Source: Eledone cirrhosa (lineage: Eukaryota). Taken from it: a stretch of 64,000 nucleotides of DNA. Location: positions 54,684,001-54,748,000 of the forward strand of contig OZ024749.1 in the NCBI GenBank assembly GCA_964016885.1, given 5' to 3'. Positions 56,987 through 64,000 of this stretch are shown here, piece after piece; position 1 is the first letter of the stretch, and every line of letters starts with the position of its first letter. Made by a program: the position numbers and the translations under genes. Below the pieces are notes generated by a model that had not been told where the DNA came from, made no database searches, and saw nothing but the letters and a program-made list of their open reading frames with translations.

Positions 56987-57633
56987 TATATATAATATAT
57001 ATATATCGATTAGATGTAACTGAAACTGTGTTCATATGTATATATAGATTTACACATGTTTCGTATATAGAAATACAAACCAGCCAATTATAGATATTTC
57101 CCTGTAGAGTGAAAGAAATTACAAATACATTTAATCAATTTTCAAACTTAGTTGAGCTGTAATCAGAAAATATGTATATTATCTAAACAATCACAACGAA
57201 ATACGTAATCGAAGGGATTATAAACCCTGTCACCCATACTAATATCCCGAAATAGACACACTAATTTACATATCTTTAGCGTTAGTGTTGGATGTTAAGC
57301 GCTAAACTATCGACATATATGTTAAAATTATATCTGAACACAGAGATTAGAAGTTAATGAGACTCCGTTAATGTGTATATAAATGTTTTCGTTTTTTTAA
57401 ATATGCTAAATATACATACGATGTATGTCCCTGTAAATTGAATAATAATTACCATTATTTGATTTTTAAACATCAGATAGTGGAGCATGAAACTTAAGTC
57501 ACAAGAAAGATCTTCAGTTTATACATACATCCATACATACATAAAGAAAATGTTCAATGCAGACTTTGTTCTGTCGTATATAAATTGTAACATTCGAAAC
57601 TATAGATACATACATGCCCACAAACATACATAC

Positions 57634-57685
<52 letters not shown>

Positions 57686-57797
57686 TTATTGTATAGAAGG
57701 AGCTTCTACAGGACTAGTACTGTTTCATTCAGATGAAATCTTCAGGAATTGAGTACCTTACTTACTGTGGTTATCCCCGACTCAACCCGGGACCTAC
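57686..57797 (-). mobile_element. (TA)n-embedded element with hammerhead core (family H6)
   Basis: Minus: CTGAAGA-t-ttc-atct-gaa-t-GAAAcagta...then AATAAA and (TA)n; stem I not recoverable. Confidence 0.55.
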
Positions 57798-57839
<42 letters not shown>

Positions 57840-58729
57840 AAATTGACGAAATGACAATACTCTGAGGTGTATGTATGTGTGTGAGTATGTATGTGGAATC
57901 AAATCCTGGGTGGTTGATTTAATTCATCGGCCAGCTTATAATCAGCACCTGGGGTCGTTACAGATTGATTTTTCTCTCTGTTATTTATGGTTACATACCT
58001 AAGAATCAAGAAACTTTCAGACATGACCATCTCACCTATTTTCCCTGGATATCGTGCAACTCCGACGACATCATACAACATGTCCTACGTTTATTTTTTT
58101 TTTATAAAAGACACTCGTATGAATGTTGGTGGTAGTTTGACTGCTATTTCTAAACAGGTTGTGCAACCGCACAGAAGGTTTTTCATTGTTTCGCTTTTTT
58201 TTCACCGGATCCCTCGTTTGTGTCATCACCTTATTAAATGATATTTTTATAAACGATTTCTATTCTTTGTGTTCCTATCTTTTAACAAGTTAAAAAAACG
58301 GACAAATATCGATGTTTCTAAAGTAAAAACCAACAAACCTTTCTTTTCTATGCTATTTTATCACGCAATTCTCTCAATACCAACAAGACGAATCTATAAC
58401 TGGTTAGGTGTGTAGTAGTTTGGGATCTCTTTTGCTAATTTATTTTACGTCTGAGTCATACAGGCGTCTATTCAATTGCAGCTTCCTCCAGTGAACTCTA
58501 AAAATATATATAGACATTGATCCTATATTTTCTACTTCTATACCCAAATATTTAATGAGTTAATCCTCGTTCACCTAACTGACATAAATCTTTCAACGTC
58601 AGTGAATCATTGCAACGAAACAAAACCAAAAAGAAAAGGAAAAAAAAAAAAAAACAGAAATAAAAGCATTAAATTAAATCTACTGTGTATGTGTGGAAAT
58701 ATTCCCAGCTATCAATAAAATGTAACTTT

Positions 58730-58925
58730 GAACGTAAGTACAAGGCCACGCAATCTGAGGCTGGAAAGTGTAGACAATGAAATCGATTCCAGCTATGTGA
58801 CTTCATATTCCTTCCAATGATCCTTGGAAATGATGGAAGAGAAAGTTGACCTCTTCAGAATTTGAACTTAGAATGTGAAGGGACGTAAGTAAATACAGGA
58901 ACGAATTTTGGCTGATACTCTACAG
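58730..58925 (-). mobile_element. old SINE S1 relative
   Basis: tacaaggcc...aaagttgacctcttcagaatttgaacttagaatgtgaagggacgtaa. Confidence 0.6.
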
Positions 58926-59297
58926 CTTTTTCTATTGATGAAAAGTACTATAAATTCCGAATAGAATTGGCAACAGGCCACATATTTTCGGAGGACTGAG
59001 GCGAGAGGTTTCAATATTTCCTTGGTTCATATTTAGGGATCCCGCGATTTCTTCTAGATCATAATTCGTCAAAATTTTTAAGGAAGTTCTTCTTCTTCCT
59101 TGTTTTATCATAGAAATGACTTTCACAGAACTAGAATTGTTTCTTTCGTACACATGAAACAGTTCTTGTCTTGTAGAAGTCATTTCTATAAAAAAAAATA
59201 ATAAATAAAGATGCTTATACTCTACTAATGTATTGAGTACCTTTTATAATTGTGTTTATCTCCCGAAATACATCGGGAATTCCACCTATTATCTGTA

Positions 59298-59328
<31 letters not shown>

Positions 59329-59522
59329 TATTGCCAATACTTGCCTTCTCAATATATTGGATATATTTTAATGAAAGCATAGCTGATGGTGTGATTTATT
59401 AGAATATAAGATTTACTCATTAAAATATTTTGCTGTTAAAATTAAATATTACATCTGAAAAAAAAAATCGACAGTTTTGTCGCTACTTACTGTAATATTT
59501 CTTGTGTATTAAATATAATATA

Positions 59523-59601
59523 GAGGGTGTCCCGCAAAAATATATACACACTTTTATTAGAATGATGTTGAAGTGTGTATATAATTTTTGGGGACATCTT
59601 A
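59523..59601. mobile_element. short Tc1/mariner-type MITE, almost fully palindromic
   Basis: agggtgtccc..aaaaatatatacacactt / aagtgtgtatataatttttggggacatctt; TA flanks. Confidence 0.75.
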
Positions 59602-60387
59602 TATATTTCATACAATAAGATTTATAATTTCCTTGGTAGTTGCATTGAAATTAGAATGCCGCACAGCACAATGCAATTTTCATAAAACGGAATTTTATTC
59701 ATAGAAATAATTTGAAACCTCAACACACGAATAGGCAAGTCGGGTTAAACCTCACAGGACAGAAATTAGGGACCAGTGGTCGGTAAAGAGTAAAACAACA
59801 CTGTGAGGTGTGTGATAGGAAGACGAAATATAGAAAAGACCGAGAGAGGAGGAGAATTTTATTAATTTTTATTTTATTTTGGACTGACTGGTCATGTTAT
59901 AATGAACATTCTCAGGCACTAAGAAACCCTGACCCTTCTGTCATTTAAAGACAGTAATCAAGGACAACTCCTAGAACAACATCTCCCCCTTTTTAATGAT
60001 TTTATGGTGTTATTTGAGTAAGCTTTGTTTGTTGTTTCTAGGAACGTGAATGACCTCATAGAAAATCCTTCGTTTTAAACTCCCATATTATCCATTTATA
60101 CACTCTGGTATTTTGAAGCCAATATATTACGTTATCGATCCACAGGCTGCTTTGTTCTCAGTCAAAATAAATAATTGTTGCCATTGTTGTCCTTATCACG
60201 TGTTATACCTCCCCATCTTCCTCCTCCTCACGTTAGGTTTCCACTCGCTGTTATTGACGAAGTATTTTATATGAATGAAGACGAAATAGTTTGGAGGGAG
60301 GGGGGAGCAAAACCTTTAAAGACCAACATAGCAATTGGTCTTTATATCTGAGAATGCAGGGTGGCTGTGGGTAGGTTTATAACTCAC

Positions 60388-60540
60388 CGTTACTTCACTA
60401 TCGCTTCAAGAAATAACACAATTATCATTCCGGACAAAGCTTGGCATTACCTATTCCAAATGTTGTTTCCATTAACTCTTGCTATTGTTTTCCTTACAAA
60501 ACGCTTTATTTAAACAAAGCGCCTGGCAGGAAGGTTCCAT
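60388..60540 (-). other. candidate non-coding/UTR exon
   Basis: Minus-strand acceptor tttttattctgtctag and donor CG|GTGAGT; 153 nt; all three frames contain stops. Confidence 0.3.
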
Positions 60541-60758
60541 CTAGACAGAATAAAAATAAACTAACCCAAGCTAAGCTAAAATAAAAAGCAGGTAGACAAT
60601 GAAATCTAAATAACATTTGATAAATAAACATGGGTGGTGGGGTAGATGTAAATATTGTTACTTAGGGATGTTTAAGCTGGCGCATTAAGGTAAATCGTTT
60701 TAAAATAACTATTCACTAACTCTAAAGAATGTTTTCCTTAAGCTTATCCCAAGGTTGT

Positions 60759-60854
60759 TCATTTCAAAATTTTTCTTTCCCTTTGTATCGTTATTTGCTG
60801 GCTTAGAAGTGCCTCTGCAGCCAAGCTTTCTTCTTGCTTGTATTTTGCCGCCAT
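60759..60854 (-). CDS. candidate 31-aa sORF MAAKYKQEESLAAEALLSQQITIQRERKILK
   Basis: Unique, non-repetitive sequence 59 nt downstream of a strong acceptor (ttctctttgccttaatctcttccag at 60914); no homology known to me. Confidence 0.2.
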   Translation of the reverse strand: MAAKYKQEESLAAEALLSQQITIQRERKILK

Positions 60855-62016
60855 TCAATGCTGCATCTTAATTGATTTGGGAGATTATGAAAATCTTTCT
60901 CTACCCTCTTTACCTGGAAGAGATTAAGGCAAAGAGAACCAACGGTAAATAAAAACATTATTATCAATGTCTTTTCTTTATTTTCTTTTTAGACATTCTC
61001 CTTGAAAACTAAGGCGACACACAAAGCAAGTGCGCCACACAAAACATCTTTCTTTTATATCACATATCCACCCTCTTTTCTTTGGCAATTTTACAAACGT
61101 TCGAGTTATTTCTCTTCTTACAATCCCTCATTCATAGAAAGATATTGTAGTTCTAAAAAATCCCCACACTTCGCTTTCTACCTATTATTTAGTACGCTTA
61201 AATCTGAGCTTCCCTCAAGCACTCACCAAATTATATTTTTCAATGTTTGAACTTCAATATATAAGGTTATATCCGTACTCTGTTAATTATGCACAACTAA
61301 TATTTGCGTTGTTGCTACTGTTGGTGTTACTACTGTAAATATTGTTGATTTTAAATCAAAGACTCTGTTATGCATGTCCATTATTGTTGTTGCTGTTGTA
61401 ATGCTTTAAGCTTTCAACAGTTTCATTTTTATTTATTCATTTATTGTTAGTCTTGTTTCGTTTACGCGAGTTCAACTTTAGATTATGTACTTGTTCTGAC
61501 CTTGTTTTCACCAGAAACACCACAATGCTGGTTCAGACTGCTACTGTTGTTGTTGTTGTTATTGCTGCTGTTGTTGCTATTGCCATCTAGCTGCACTGAC
61601 TACATGCAAGTTGCTGCTGACACTTGGTGCAGAAAACAATCAATCATTTTGTACTTCGCTTCACTGCTGAATGTACCTCATTAAAATAGACGACAGAGTT
61701 GCCAGCGCTGTAGGCACCATCTTCTCTCTCCCAATAACGTTACGTGGGAAGAAGATATAGAGAAACGATCAGTAGAGCTCATACACGCACACAAGCAATT
61801 ATAGGCACACCACAATGACACGCACACACACATTGACAAAGACTTAAACACACACGCACAGTTACTTAGCTATATTTCTAGAATATAAGACCCTATATTA
61901 ATGTGAAACGAAAATATTGGACCAGTTGTAAATTACTGTAACATGCGAACATATGCTTGTATTTATGTATGTGTGTATGTCTAACAGTAGCTGCGTGTGT
62001 GTGTGTGGTGTGTGTG

Positions 62017-62051
<35 letters not shown>

Positions 62052-62800
62052 TAGATCCCTCCAGAGCACTACTGGTTATAACATAATACAACCAGTTGCT
62101 TGTTCAAGTCAACGTCGCCAAACCTGTTTGATTGAATATCTTTTGAATACCTCGGCATGATGTAATACAAGCCATCAGAGAAGTCAACGACCGACAAACA
62201 ATGTATATATATAATATATATATACACACGCGCGTGTATTTAACAGGTAGTTTCTAAACAATGCCTTTAGTATTTGTAGTCTTTGTTCATTTTGTTATTA
62301 TTTACCATAATTCATTCGAAAGAAAAAAAACCGTTTTACATTTAATAACAAACTCTCTCTAGGAACCATTTCTTCTCAATGAAAACATAACTTAGTTGGA
62401 GCTAACATACTTAATGTTGTGCCCTCTCTTTCAAAAGCGATTTAATTTATCAAGAATTAAAGAAACATCCTTAATAAACAAATTTCGTTTTCACATACAT
62501 TCAAAGAACTGCTGGCTACGAGATAAATTATGCTTTACTGAAGAGGGTTAATAGAACTGAAGTATGAGCAGACTTGACAGTGTTGTTAAGAAAGTTAAAA
62601 CTTACCGCTAGCTCACTGCCTCTATTCAATATTTAATCAATTGGGACAGTAGTTGGCTTCCTGAACTTTTCTTGAGAAAGCTTTTAACATCAGTGATTTA
62701 TTATTTTCATTACGAGTGACATTTCAATTGATTAAATAGTTCTTGACTCCCGGTATAATGTACGAAAGACGGATAAAAAGTTTATAGGCTGAATATGGAG

Positions 62801-63074
62801 TGATGCTAGAGCTGTGAAATCGTGCATGCATTAATTTCAACTCTTATTAACTACATGGTTTCTTTCCATTGACTATGATGAAAAAATTAATCTCATTTGG
62901 TCATTTCATGTGAGTATATTGATCACCCTATGAAGTAATGATGCTAAAGCTGTAAAATCTTGTATGCATTGATATCAACTCTTATTAATAACTACATTGT
63001 TTCTTTCCAGAGATTATGTTGAAAAATAAACCTCATTTGGTCATCCCATGAGAGTATCTTGGTCAGCCTATGAA
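62801..63074 (+). repeat. two tandem ~138-bp units of family D
   Basis: tgatgcta...cctatgaa repeated from 62801 and 62939. Confidence 0.85.
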
Positions 63075-63152
63075 CTATTCACCCGACCCTCGTAAGTTAG
63101 CTTTCTACTTAATTATATTTTTATGTTATTTTGTTTAATATTACTGAAACTG

Positions 63153-63849
63153 AAAGGCTATGGATTGGCAGTATTCGGTAGAGCGCCGTGCAACATGCTT
63201 TGCGGCATATAGTTACGTCTTTTTACGCTCTGAGTTCAAATCCAGCCGAGGTTAGCTTTGCCTTTCATCCTTAGAGAGTTGATAAAATAAAGTACCAGTA
63301 ATGTACTGGGGTTGATTTAATAAACTTGCCCCTTTCTTTCAAATCGGTGGCCTTGTTCCTCAATCAGAAACCATTATTACAGAAACTTTTAAAATATAGT
63401 ACCAGTAATGTACTGGGTAATTGGTGGCCTTGTTCCTCAATCAGAAACCATTATTACAGAAACTGTTTATTACAGAAACTGTTTATTATTTGGGGCAAGT
63501 TTATTAAATCAACCCAAGTACATTACTGGTACTTTATTTTATCGACTCTCTAAGGATGAAAGGCAAAGCTAAAGGGCGGTGGATTGGCAGTATCGGTAGA
63601 GGGTCGGACGCCACGCTTTGACGCACAGTTACGGCCCTTGCCATTCTGAGTTCAAATCCTGCCGAGGTTAACTTTGCCTTTCATCTTACGGGGTCGATAA
63701 AATAAAGTACCAGTAATACACTGGGTAATTGTTGGCTTTGTGCCAAAAGTAGAAACAATTATTACAGAAACTGTTAAAATATAGTACCAGTAATACACTG
63801 GGTGATTGCTGGCCTTGTGCCTCAATCAGGAACCATTATTACTGAAACT
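63153..63849 (+). mobile_element. SINE S1 composite: two full copies, duplicated tails and an inverted internal segment
   Basis: Copies at ~63153-63386 and 63573-63762; tail duplicates at ~63391-63465 and ~63776-63849; inverted segment 63492-63572. Confidence 0.9.
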
Positions 63850-64000
63850 ATAATTGGCTATCAATCATCTCTACGAGCCACGTTTTTTAAAATTACAGAA
63901 ACGGCAGGTTCGAAACACGATGACACTCTTATGAAATATTTAACAGACGTGTGCAAAACTGTTCACAAATTAAAGGATTTTAATTAGCATTCAAGGTTTG

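Overview
Very AT-rich, repeat-dense eukaryotic non-coding DNA (intronic or intergenic). The SINE families and the extreme (TA)n/(CA)n/(GA)n and trinucleotide load suggest an octopod cephalopod (inference from recalled repeat sequences, not a search). No convincing protein-coding gene: nearly every ORF in the track is a translated microsatellite. Real structure lies between the microsatellites. (1) About a dozen copies of a ~190-bp tRNA-derived SINE, including head-to-tail arrays, a 45-bp A-box amplification and a locally generated 81-bp inverted repeat. (2) A second, CORE-like SINE. (3) Tc1/mariner/pogo-type MITEs. (4) Several minisatellites. (5) Most interesting: a set of unrelated short elements embedded in (TA)n tracts that carry type I hammerhead-ribozyme (HHR) cores with palindromic loop III, often with an inverted copy of their own 3' end upstream, i.e. 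Penelope-like pLTR/retrozyme architecture. One HHR (22314-22376, minus) looks intact. One family (17842-17926 +, 8812-8895 -, 4795-4854 -) has an unusually large ~60-nt stem II. A splice-site-flanked unique island at 60.4-60.9 kb (minus) contains a 31-aa sORF. All folds and alignments were done by eye and coordinates of degenerate elements are approximate.
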